NCBI GenBank assembly: GCA_964510025.1
Contig: CAZDZV010000001.1
Span: forward strand, 165,399-229,398
Reading direction: 5' to 3'
Length of the DNA: 64,000 nucleotides
Source: an uncultured Methanosarcinales archaeon
GTDB lineage: Archaea > Nanobdellota > Nanobdellia > Woesearchaeales > DATDXC01
The notes under the pieces are model-generated. The model was not told the DNA's origin and searched no databases. It worked only from the letters and a program-made list of their open reading frames with translations. This document shows, in pieces, positions 17,378 through 26,173 of the stretch (positions within the stretch are counted from its first letter, which is position 1; each line of letters starts with the position of its first letter). The position numbers and the translations under genes are program-made.

Positions 17378-19227
17378 AGACCTTCGATAAATATATTAAA
17401 TAAATTATCTAGCTTTAGATTCATTTTGTCTTCTTTTGAAGAATAATCTTCAGGTTCATCATCCAGAAGGCCTAACTGCCCAAAATCAGATATATCCATT
17501 ACATTGGCTATCCTCTTTTGCGGTTGATTTTGCATAATGAATTTATTATTTGAATAAATATCGCCATTACAGTCAATGCACCAGCCCCTTGTAAACAAAT
17601 AGGAGTCCTGCCAAACCTCCTTGTTGATAACATCTATTTCTTTATCCACCAAAAAATCTCTAATTTTTTGCATTTCGCTTTCAAGTACCTTAAAATCTTT
17701 TATGTGCCAATCATCATAAAAAGCTGGTAGAAAATTGAATTTCCTAAAGCCCTTATTATACAAATATTTGAAATTTTCAAAGAAATTACCGCAATTGTTA
17801 TTAGACACAACCATATTTAGAGAAACATAATCCACAAAAGGTGTTAGGACCTTAATAACCTTGCTAGATTTTTTTCCCCTATTTTTGGTCTGCCATTTAT
17901 CTTTACCGTCAACACTTACCCTTAGTTCAACATTATTGAGCCTAAAATAATTAATTATCTCTTTTGTAAGCAATACCCCATTTGTGGTTAACACAAATTT
18001 AGTATTGTCATTTTTGGAAGTGGCATAGTGGATTATTCTCTTAACCAGATCTAATTCCAATAAGGGTTCCCCCCCAAAAAACCTAACATAGTAAAAAGGG
18101 GATTTTAAATTCAATAATAGATCTAGACTCTTTTTTGCGGTTTTAAAAGATATAGATTCTTCTTTTTTTACAGTTATACAATATTTGCAATCAAGATTGC
18201 ATTTATATGTAACAACCAAAACCAACACCGGCAACCTATTAGATATCTTAAACAACTTAAGAAATTCCTGACTTATTTCCTTTTTTTCCCTTCCCTTAAA
18301 GTAGGCCTTATATAGTCCCTTACAAGATTTGCTTAAAATGCATTTTTTACATAAAGCAAATTTATGCTTAAAGGATTCTATGTTATCCTTTAATTTACCA
18401 GTATCTTCCTTATTCAGATCAGTAGTGCTAGTACTGTATCCTTTATCCAATGCAGCAAACAAACCAAGTGTTTCTATCCTGCCATCTTCACCAATATACA
18501 AGCTTGAGCTTATATCCTGAAAATGTATTTTTTTTGTATTAAGAATGCTATCTCTGAAAATACATAATGGGAAATCTTCCACATCTATCGTATCCACTAA
18601 CTCTTTAGCCTTGAATAAAAAGTAATTTAAAGAAGTTAACTCTAATAAAGACGGGGAGTACTTATTGTAATCATCTTTCAACCTACCAAAAGGTCCCAGC
18701 ATCAAGATTCCCAATTCTCTTATCTTCAGGGCATCTACCAAAAACAAATAGTCGTCTAACTGCTTAATATTGCCGGACCAGATGGGGATGTTTAAACATA
18801 CAGTTTCATCAGCTTCCAAAAGATTTTTTATACCCTTGATGGTCTGCTTGAAGCTGCCCCGAGTTCTTGTCCAGGATTCATGTATCTTTTCAGTTGCCCC
18901 AAATAGTGTTATATTGAAGCTTGAAACCGCCCCTTTAACTTTTTTGATATATCCTTTATAAGAAAAAAACCTTCCGTTCGAGGTTAACACTGTCTTATAG
19001 CCCAATTCTTTAGCGATCGCCAAAATCTCCAACAGATCCGGATGAAGTGTTATTTCACCCCCAATTGGATGAAATATCCGATAGCCTTGTTTTACTCCCT
19101 CCTTTAATTCTTCTTTTATAGAACTTAGGCTCCTGTATTCATTTTTTTGGATATTTGGATCCACAGCGCAACCAATACAATTATTATTACAAGAATTATT
19201 GACATTAAGGTATAATATCTTTCTCAT
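17374..19227 (-). CDS. Fusion of two radical SAM domains (617 aa)
   Basis: Domain 1 has NNSCNNNCIGCAV, IGGEIT, HESWTRTRGSFKQTIKGIKNL, and CKKCILSKSCKGLYKAY. Domain 2 has TYKCNLDCKYCI (aa 343-350) and FGGEPLL. ATGA-type 4-nt overlap with the upstream gene. Confidence 0.8.
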   Translation of the reverse strand: MRKILYLNVNNSCNNNCIGCAVDPNIQKNEYRSLSSIKEELKEGVKQGYRIFHPIGGEITLHPDLLEILAIAKELGYKTVLTSNGRFFSYKGYIKKVKGAVSSFNITLFGATEKIHESWTRTRGSFKQTIKGIKNLLEADETVCLNIPIWSGNIKQLDDYLFLVDALKIRELGILMLGPFGRLKDDYNKYSPSLLELTSLNYFLFKAKELVDTIDVEDFPLCIFRDSILNTKKIHFQDISSSLYIGEDGRIETLGLFAALDKGYSTSTTDLNKEDTGKLKDNIESFKHKFALCKKCILSKSCKGLYKAYFKGREKKEISQEFLKLFKISNRLPVLVLVVTYKCNLDCKYCITVKKEESISFKTAKKSLDLLLNLKSPFYYVRFFGGEPLLELDLVKRIIHYATSKNDNTKFVLTTNGVLLTKEIINYFRLNNVELRVSVDGKDKWQTKNRGKKSSKVIKVLTPFVDYVSLNMVVSNNNCGNFFENFKYLYNKGFRKFNFLPAFYDDWHIKDFKVLESEMQKIRDFLVDKEIDVINKEVWQDSYLFTRGWCIDCNGDIYSNNKFIMQNQPQKRIANVMDISDFGQLGLLDDEPEDYSSKEDKMNLKLDNLFNIFIEGL

Positions 19228-20222
19228 CTTAAGCTTCTTTTCTGCCTTAAGCTATTTATCTCTTTTTCTATCTGAGATGCCCCTACTAATTTTATGTAAT
19301 CACAAAATATACCTTCACAAAGCCTTATCCTTGGACACCCCTCACAGGATTTTATTTTTATTCTGTATCTTTTAAACTTATTTTCTGCAGATTCTGATTG
19401 CCTTTGAAACGTAAGATTAGAATTAACGCAGAAATTAAATTCCCTTGCAGCAAATAGGCTGTAATTCTCTATATTTCCTTCCTTGTCTTTGTATATTTTT
19501 CCACTAGTATCAAATATATGCACATCGCCTCTATCCATAAAATCCTGGCTGAATATACACAAAGGAAAATCCTCAATCTCTATATTTAAAAATGATTTAA
19601 ATAATGAAAGCTGATCTTCTAACACTAAAAGCTTTTCTAGAGGCACAAATAACTTGTAATAATTTCTTCTAGCGCGCCCAAGAGGTACAAGATTAAAAAG
19701 ATCTATGTCCCTAATTGCCATTTTTTCCAATAATTCCATAGTCTCTTTGACCTTATCAAAACTTTTCTTCCAAACCAAATAGTTTATACCTACCTTTTTT
19801 GTAAATGACCTCAAGTTGCCTATACCTTGAATAGTCTGTCTAAAACTACCTGGTGTTCTTGTCCAAGATTCATGTATATCTTTATTGGGGCCACAAAGAG
19901 TGATGTTAAAGTGCGTTATTCCTGCATCAACCATTTTTTTTGTAAAACTAGGGTAAGAAAACATCCTTCCATTAGAGGTGATATAAACTTCATCATACAG
20001 TTCCTTTGCCTTCTTAAGAATCTGAAAAATATTATCCTGTATTGTAACTTCCCCTCCGGCGAGATGAAGATTTTTGTATCCTTTCTCAGCCCCAAGCTCC
20101 AAATCCCTGAATATACCGCTTATATCCCTACCATTTTTGGGCTTATTGAGATTATTATCCGCACAACCCAGACAATTATTATTGCATCCATTCTCTGTTG
20201 AGACAAAAAATATTTTCTTCAT
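19224..20222 (-). CDS. Radical SAM protein (332 aa)
   Basis: Motifs are ENGCNNNCLGCAD, AGGEVT, HESWTRTPGSFRQTIQGIGNL, and the C-terminal CEGCPRIRLCEGIFCDY. It is a paralog of domain 1 of the 617-aa protein. Confidence 0.8.
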   Translation of the reverse strand: MKKIFFVSTENGCNNNCLGCADNNLNKPKNGRDISGIFRDLELGAEKGYKNLHLAGGEVTIQDNIFQILKKAKELYDEVYITSNGRMFSYPSFTKKMVDAGITHFNITLCGPNKDIHESWTRTPGSFRQTIQGIGNLRSFTKKVGINYLVWKKSFDKVKETMELLEKMAIRDIDLFNLVPLGRARRNYYKLFVPLEKLLVLEDQLSLFKSFLNIEIEDFPLCIFSQDFMDRGDVHIFDTSGKIYKDKEGNIENYSLFAAREFNFCVNSNLTFQRQSESAENKFKRYRIKIKSCEGCPRIRLCEGIFCDYIKLVGASQIEKEINSLRQKRSLR

Positions 20223-22909
20223 CTTATTTTCATCTTGGATTGACTTTTTCTCAAATGGGGTTCTAGTTCATCAAAACCGTAAATTTTCGCATAATCTACA
20301 AATATGCCCTCACAATTTGCATTATAAATACATTTATTGCACCGCATACTTTTTGTTTTTCTAGTTCTGCAAATATATCTTAAAATTTCTTTTTTATCTT
20401 TGCTAAATTCCTCATTATAATCTTGTTTTACATGCTTAATACCGCCCCCATTAATTATACATTGGGGGATATTCCTTACAATAACTTCTTTGTTTAACTC
20501 CTTAAAAATCCCTTTTAGACTAGACAATTTTGGAACAAGCAACCTGTAATCTTCTATATCGTAAAAGGGCTCGATAAGATTAAGCATTATTTTCTTTCTT
20601 GAGTGTTTAAGCCTTTCTTTTACTTCTAATAAATTAAACTTATTTAAATTTAGTGTCTCTATTTCTTTATCATCTTTTTTTTTGTTATAAATTATTCTTT
20701 TGTATCTGCTGCACACCCCTTCCATAAAACAAAAACTGCATAAATTTTTGGAACAGTCAAGAAAGTAATCCCAATAATCTGCACAATCGTAAAACTCACT
20801 TAAATAATAAAAGATATCTAACTTATCCGGAATAAATTGGGGGAATGCTTCAAAATAGTACGGTTCTAAGAACTCAAAAGAAACCTTTAAATCGAACTTT
20901 TTTGAAATAAGAAAAATTTTATCCAAATTTCTTCTAAATTTTTTGTAGTCGATTTTGAACCTTCTGTAATCATTTAAAGCTGCCCCTTTTGGCAAAACTC
21001 CCTGTAGATTAAATCTTTTTATGCCCCTTTTGGATAAATCCTGCATTAACAAAGGAATAGAATCAAAATTCTTTTGCATACAGACAGACTGCACCATTAC
21101 ACTTACAGCTTCATGTCCCATGATATTATCAACAGCTCTTAGTATTTGTTTATAGCCGCCCTTAATATTTGTCAGATCGTCATTTACTTCTTTATAGCCA
21201 TGAACTGAAATTGTAAATTTTTTCAAACCCTTTTTTATTACCTCATCAGTAACTTTCTTGATAGAAAAAAGTCTTCCATTGGTTACTATAGATAATTCAA
21301 ATCCTTTTTTTTGAAAAAGGGTCATTAGTTTCAGCAACACATTATAGTAAAGTGTTGGTTCGCCTCCTGTAAAGGATATTTCTTTAAAATTTGAAGACAA
21401 AGCTTCCTTCACTTGGTCTTTCAGCTGCATATTTCCGACCTGTAATTTTTCCCTGGCAAAACAGGAAATACAATGATTATTGCACTTATCACCCAACTTG
21501 AGGTTATAACATTGATTCCTCTGCTTAACGTTCATGACTAATTTTTCAAATTTTCTAGCAATTCCTTCTAAATCAAAGAAAAAAAGTGAATATATAAACC
21601 GTTGTTTAGGTCCCTTTGGCAAAAATTTCAATTTATTCTCCATAATCTCTATTTTCCCCATTTTTTCAAGATCTGAAATCTCTTTCTTAAAATCTTCGGC
21701 CAGCTCCATATTGAATCGTTTCCTGTAATCTTCCAGGTCAATGGCTTCATCATAAGCAAGCCCATTCATAACATAACGTAATTTTTGCTCTTTTCTGCTT
21801 ATCTCAATTCCATCGAATACATAGCCATTCTGCCTGTAACGACATGAATTAAATATATATGAACATGAGAATTCACCTAAAGCAAAACAAGAGCCCTCAT
21901 TTTGGGAATCATAAGAATATGTAAATTTCATCTTTTTATAGTTTGTTGAAGGAAAAAACCAAGGAGAGGCTGTTCTTGGGTTGTCTAGCGTTGGTCTGTA
22001 CAAACCATAATTAAGGGGCATTTTGCCTTTTATAATTTTATTGTACAGACTCCTGATTTTATTATTAAGCTCCTTATAAAATGCCTCCTCATCAGAGTAA
22101 TAGTAATTTTGGATATACTCAGTCGTTGGTTGTAGTGGATATAATGATATGAAATCTGGTTCCAGATCCGCAATTTTTAAGATGCTGTCCAAAATAGTCT
22201 TCACGCCATCCTTATACAACCCAATAATTAAGTCTACATTAATTTCTTCAAATCCTAATTTTTTAATATCGCTCACCACTTTTTTTATTTGTGCGTATTC
22301 CTGATATCCCCGATTCTCAGATTTTAAAACGGATTTATCAAGTGTTTGCACACCGAGGGAAATTCTATTAAAATCAAAATCTCTTATCAGTCTCAATTTT
22401 TCAGAAGTAATGCTATCTGGATTACATTCAAACGTTTTTTCCCCTTTTGTCTCAAAATTAAAATTTTCAAAAATAGCCGCTAATATCTTTTTTATCTGTT
22501 CCATTCTAAGAATAGAAGGTGTTCCTCCACCGATATATAAACTCTTAAATCTTATATCCTGAAAAGTCTTGCCAAATTGGGACATTTGTTTGGATAATTT
22601 TTTGATATAGATTATAATTTCTTCTTCAGACCCCAATTTTTTAGAGGGGTACATACAATAATTACACTTGCCCCTACAAAAAGGGATATGCACATAAAAA
22701 TTAATATTATTTTTAGCCTTTCCCTCCCTTATCTTGTTTATGTGCTCACTCCATTTTTGTTTTATGTCCCCCAAAGAATAATTCTGTGTTTCTTTAATTA
22801 GATCAAATAAATCAGGTAACAAAAAATTATTTTTATAGCCCCCCTCTTTAATTAAGCCTGTGAATCTATTAAAAAAGTCTAATTTTTGATTAAAAAGAGC
22901 AATATTCAT
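20219..22909 (-). CDS. HemN-like radical SAM domain fused to a second radical SAM domain (896 aa)
   Basis: The N-terminal half has YVHIPFCRGKCNYCMY and LYIGGGTPS, the coproporphyrinogen-III-oxidase-like HemN/HemZ pattern. The C-terminal half has LGDKCNNHCISCFA, TGGEPT, then CSFCFMEGVC and CNKCIYNANCEGIFVDY. Confidence 0.8.
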   Translation of the reverse strand: MNIALFNQKLDFFNRFTGLIKEGGYKNNFLLPDLFDLIKETQNYSLGDIKQKWSEHINKIREGKAKNNINFYVHIPFCRGKCNYCMYPSKKLGSEEEIIIYIKKLSKQMSQFGKTFQDIRFKSLYIGGGTPSILRMEQIKKILAAIFENFNFETKGEKTFECNPDSITSEKLRLIRDFDFNRISLGVQTLDKSVLKSENRGYQEYAQIKKVVSDIKKLGFEEINVDLIIGLYKDGVKTILDSILKIADLEPDFISLYPLQPTTEYIQNYYYSDEEAFYKELNNKIRSLYNKIIKGKMPLNYGLYRPTLDNPRTASPWFFPSTNYKKMKFTYSYDSQNEGSCFALGEFSCSYIFNSCRYRQNGYVFDGIEISRKEQKLRYVMNGLAYDEAIDLEDYRKRFNMELAEDFKKEISDLEKMGKIEIMENKLKFLPKGPKQRFIYSLFFFDLEGIARKFEKLVMNVKQRNQCYNLKLGDKCNNHCISCFAREKLQVGNMQLKDQVKEALSSNFKEISFTGGEPTLYYNVLLKLMTLFQKKGFELSIVTNGRLFSIKKVTDEVIKKGLKKFTISVHGYKEVNDDLTNIKGGYKQILRAVDNIMGHEAVSVMVQSVCMQKNFDSIPLLMQDLSKRGIKRFNLQGVLPKGAALNDYRRFKIDYKKFRRNLDKIFLISKKFDLKVSFEFLEPYYFEAFPQFIPDKLDIFYYLSEFYDCADYWDYFLDCSKNLCSFCFMEGVCSRYKRIIYNKKKDDKEIETLNLNKFNLLEVKERLKHSRKKIMLNLIEPFYDIEDYRLLVPKLSSLKGIFKELNKEVIVRNIPQCIINGGGIKHVKQDYNEEFSKDKKEILRYICRTRKTKSMRCNKCIYNANCEGIFVDYAKIYGFDELEPHLRKSQSKMKIR

Positions 22910-22961
22910 TTCTAATAAATTTAAGCTTTAAATTTATTTCCTCACCGACATTACTTATCCC

Positions 22962-23879
22962 TTACGCTATTGATCTAAGTTTAACATATGTTTTCCAATA
23001 GCCTTCGCATATCTCATCATATTTACAGGTACCGCATTTACCAATCTTTGTTCTTCCTATTTTCCTTCGATTTTCTTCAGCATACCTATTTACAAAGTCT
23101 GGAGCTAAATGCTCTGTATGGAATTTTTTGACTTCATGTAGCTCACTTATCCGGTGATGGTATTTTTCACCAACAAAACATAAGGGATAATACCTTATAT
23201 GCCAATGACTTATTTTCCTTTCATTTCCAAACTCCAGTATTTTATCAACATAAGTAGAAACTTCTTCATAAGTTGGGACCAATTCAAAAAATCTTTTTTT
23301 TGGGCCCCCGTGTGTTGGGTCGACAAAAATAAACTCAGAATTATCAATGCCCAAACCATAAATAAATTTTCCAATTTCTAATAGATCTTTATAGTTTTGT
23401 TTTACTATTGTGGTATTTGACCCTATATTCTTAAATCCGATATTCTGAAGATTTTTTATTCCTTGTATTAGTTGCTGAAAGCTTCCCGGAACTTGCGTTA
23501 ACCTATCATGTAACTCTGGGTTGTGACCATGTATGGAAAAAACAACATGGTTTACACCTTCATCGATTATCTTTTTTGCAAATTCCTTATTTGAAAACAT
23601 CCTACCATTAGTTGCAAACATAATTGTCTCGAAACCGAACTTCTTTGCAAATGACACAATTTCAAAAATATCTCTCCTTATTGTTGGTTCCCCACCAATA
23701 AGTTCCAAGTATCTACTTCCATGTTTTTTCGCCCTCAAAATATCCTCCTTTATTTCTAGTGTTGGTTTGTCCAATACTTTTTCTCTTTTATCCTCATTAC
23801 AACAAAATATGCATTTATTATTGCAGGTATAACCCATGAATACTACTGTCTTTTTAGTTTTCATTTCTGAATAAATCAA
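22962..23879 (-). CDS. Radical SAM protein (305 aa)
   Basis: Motifs are GYTCNNKCIFCCN, IGGEPT, HDRLTQVPGSFQQLIQGIKNL and CGTCKYDEICEGYWKTY. It overlaps the upstream gene end by 26 nt; an alternative start is M6 at 23864. Confidence 0.8.
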   Translation of the reverse strand: MIYSEMKTKKTVVFMGYTCNNKCIFCCNEDKREKVLDKPTLEIKEDILRAKKHGSRYLELIGGEPTIRRDIFEIVSFAKKFGFETIMFATNGRMFSNKEFAKKIIDEGVNHVVFSIHGHNPELHDRLTQVPGSFQQLIQGIKNLQNIGFKNIGSNTTIVKQNYKDLLEIGKFIYGLGIDNSEFIFVDPTHGGPKKRFFELVPTYEEVSTYVDKILEFGNERKISHWHIRYYPLCFVGEKYHHRISELHEVKKFHTEHLAPDFVNRYAEENRRKIGRTKIGKCGTCKYDEICEGYWKTYVKLRSIA

Positions 23880-25242
23880 GTTCTTTTAACTTAGATATTA
23901 TCAAAGATTTCAGCCTTTTGGTTTCTTTACAATTCTCAGAACACGGGTAATATAAAAGTGTCAGTTCCTTACCATTTAAAGGGAATCTTGTTTTAGAAAT
24001 TAGTTTTTTCTCTTCTTGCTGACTAGTGAAGCTTTTTTTAGAAAACTTTCTAACACAGCATTCAGGATAGCCATACAAACTTCCCAATTCAAGATTAAAT
24101 TTTAAGTTGTCTCTTTCATTGAAAGTACCCGAATTCAAAATATTTGTCAGTTCACAAGCAGATTCTGCCTTCCGTATATCCTGGGATAGAAAGAGGTAAT
24201 CTCCCTCTTTAATCCTTGGTATTTTTTCAAGCCCGACAATAGCATCTTCGACTTTTTTACCTTTCAACTCTATCCTCAAAACTTCTTTCAGACCCAACAA
24301 AAAATATATTTTATCCAAATAAAAGTCATCATTCTTAGGTATTCTTTTAATTCTTTGGACAATTTCTTTCTTATGCAAAACATATTCTATGGGTCTAAAC
24401 TCATCTCCGCCAAAAATCCTCAAATAGCTCCCCCATACACCTGAGCATTTTTTCTTATAAGCACAGTCTTTACACTTTTTAAGGAAAGTGACTTCTGAAT
24501 TCTCTACTGTCAGCCCTTTTGATAACCCAAAAAGACTGCTTGGCAAAACACAATTAGGGAAATGATAAAGTTCCACTTTATAGCCATTTTTAATCAACCT
24601 TTTTATTGGATTTTCTAAAACTTTAGCTAATTCTGTTAGTTTTATGGCAACCAATCTCTCATTCTTTTTAGCTTGTTCCGTTAGCTTAGGGTTCATTATT
24701 ATTACTTTCACAAAGTCTTTACTGTCAAAATTATTAATAAGAAAATCAGCTATTTGATCAAAGTAACTATAGTTAAGTCTGTGCAATAATATCCTAATCT
24801 CCAAAGGCACATTATTCTTAATCAAGTTTTTTATCCCCCGAATCTTATACCTAAAACTATTGGGGGTTCTTGTGATCGAATCGTGTATCTTAGCATTTGG
24901 CCCGTATAAAGTAGTCACAATCTTCAAGTGCGGTATTTTTGATATCTTTTTAGCAAAGTCTTTATAATAAAAGGATTGAGAATTTGTCAAAAGCCCTACC
25001 TCTTCAGGATTCTTTTGGGAGATATATTCTAATATCCTTAACAAATCCTTTCTTAATGTCGGTTCGCCCCCGTTGAGTTCTATGTGCTTTGATATTTTAA
25101 GAATATCATTAACTTCCCTTAGGATATCCTTAAAGGTAGGATTTTCTTTATTTTTTCTCCTAGGAACAGGACACGAAATACAATTATCATTGCAGTCATA
25201 TATGACAGGAACAAAAGTCTTGAAATCTTTCTTATTTTTCAT
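23854..25242 (-). CDS. Radical SAM protein with extra C-terminal Cys-containing domain (462 aa)
   Basis: Motifs are IYDCNDNCISCPV, NGGEPT, HDSITRTPNSFRYKIRGIKNL and CKDCAYKKKCSGVWGSY. An additional ~170-aa tail contains LYGYPECCVRKF and YYPCSENCKE. Confidence 0.8.
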   Translation of the reverse strand: MKNKKDFKTFVPVIYDCNDNCISCPVPRRKNKENPTFKDILREVNDILKISKHIELNGGEPTLRKDLLRILEYISQKNPEEVGLLTNSQSFYYKDFAKKISKIPHLKIVTTLYGPNAKIHDSITRTPNSFRYKIRGIKNLIKNNVPLEIRILLHRLNYSYFDQIADFLINNFDSKDFVKVIIMNPKLTEQAKKNERLVAIKLTELAKVLENPIKRLIKNGYKVELYHFPNCVLPSSLFGLSKGLTVENSEVTFLKKCKDCAYKKKCSGVWGSYLRIFGGDEFRPIEYVLHKKEIVQRIKRIPKNDDFYLDKIYFLLGLKEVLRIELKGKKVEDAIVGLEKIPRIKEGDYLFLSQDIRKAESACELTNILNSGTFNERDNLKFNLELGSLYGYPECCVRKFSKKSFTSQQEEKKLISKTRFPLNGKELTLLYYPCSENCKETKRLKSLIISKLKELDLFRNEN

Positions 25243-26156
25243 TCTTTGATAGCCCTAAACTCCTTATCCCCAAATTTTTCAGGATACTCCTTCCAAGGCC
25301 CCTCACACATATTATCGTATTTGCATTCTCTACACTGCGAAAATTTGGATTTTCCTTCTTTCACCCTAGTATATTTATAATCATCAACAACCACATCAAA
25401 ATCTATTATTTTTGTTTCTGGTATAAATCTCTCTGAGACATAATCCTCAAATCCATGCATCATACAATAAGGCATTCCTTCTGCCATAACATTAATCCCT
25501 GCATCGATCCCTATTTGAAGGCCCCTATGAACATAGGGTGCAACTAGACTCATTTTAGGCACCATTTCATCATAATATTTATGGGCGTTCCCTATTGGGT
25601 GAACAAATGCAAATTGAAACTGATCAACCCCCAATTTGACAAGTAATTTTGCTATCTCTGGAAGATGTTTGTAATTTGGTTTTACCACAACTGAGTTAGT
25701 TATAATCTTTTGGTCAAGGAGCCTTAAATTCTTTATTGCTTGTATTGTCTGTCTGAAGCTGCCGGGACTTCTGGTCAAGAAATCATGAACATTTGGATTA
25801 TGTCCATGCACTGCGGGAGAAAATTCATTTGCACCAGAGGCTATTAATTTCTTTGTGAATCCCATATTTGACAGCATCCTGCAGTTCGACTGAATCTGTA
25901 TTATGCCATAGCCTATATCCCTAGCATACCCCACCAGATCAAACAAATCTGGCCTTATTGTAACTTCTCCTCCTGTGAAGACAATATCCTCGCAGTTGGC
26001 TCTAGCCTTTGAAATCTTCTCCTTTACCTCTGCTGTTGGTAAATTACCCAGGTGTTTTTTATGAGCCTGAACACAGAATCTGCAGCTATTATTGCATACA
26101 AAGCCTGTTTTAAGGTCTAATCTCTTGCCCCCCATAGACAGAAGAGAAGAATTCAT
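25239..26156 (-). CDS. Radical SAM protein (305 aa), first gene of the rSAM operon
   Basis: Motifs are GFVCNNSCRFCVQ, TGGEVT, HDFLTRSPGSFRQTIQAIKNL and CRECKYDNMCEGPWKEY. It is a paralog of 22962..23879. It starts only 17 nt downstream of the Rpp30 stop. Confidence 0.8.
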   Translation of the reverse strand: MNSSLLSMGGKRLDLKTGFVCNNSCRFCVQAHKKHLGNLPTAEVKEKISKARANCEDIVFTGGEVTIRPDLFDLVGYARDIGYGIIQIQSNCRMLSNMGFTKKLIASGANEFSPAVHGHNPNVHDFLTRSPGSFRQTIQAIKNLRLLDQKIITNSVVVKPNYKHLPEIAKLLVKLGVDQFQFAFVHPIGNAHKYYDEMVPKMSLVAPYVHRGLQIGIDAGINVMAEGMPYCMMHGFEDYVSERFIPETKIIDFDVVVDDYKYTRVKEGKSKFSQCRECKYDNMCEGPWKEYPEKFGDKEFRAIKE

Positions 26157-26173
26157 TTATATAATCTTTTTGT

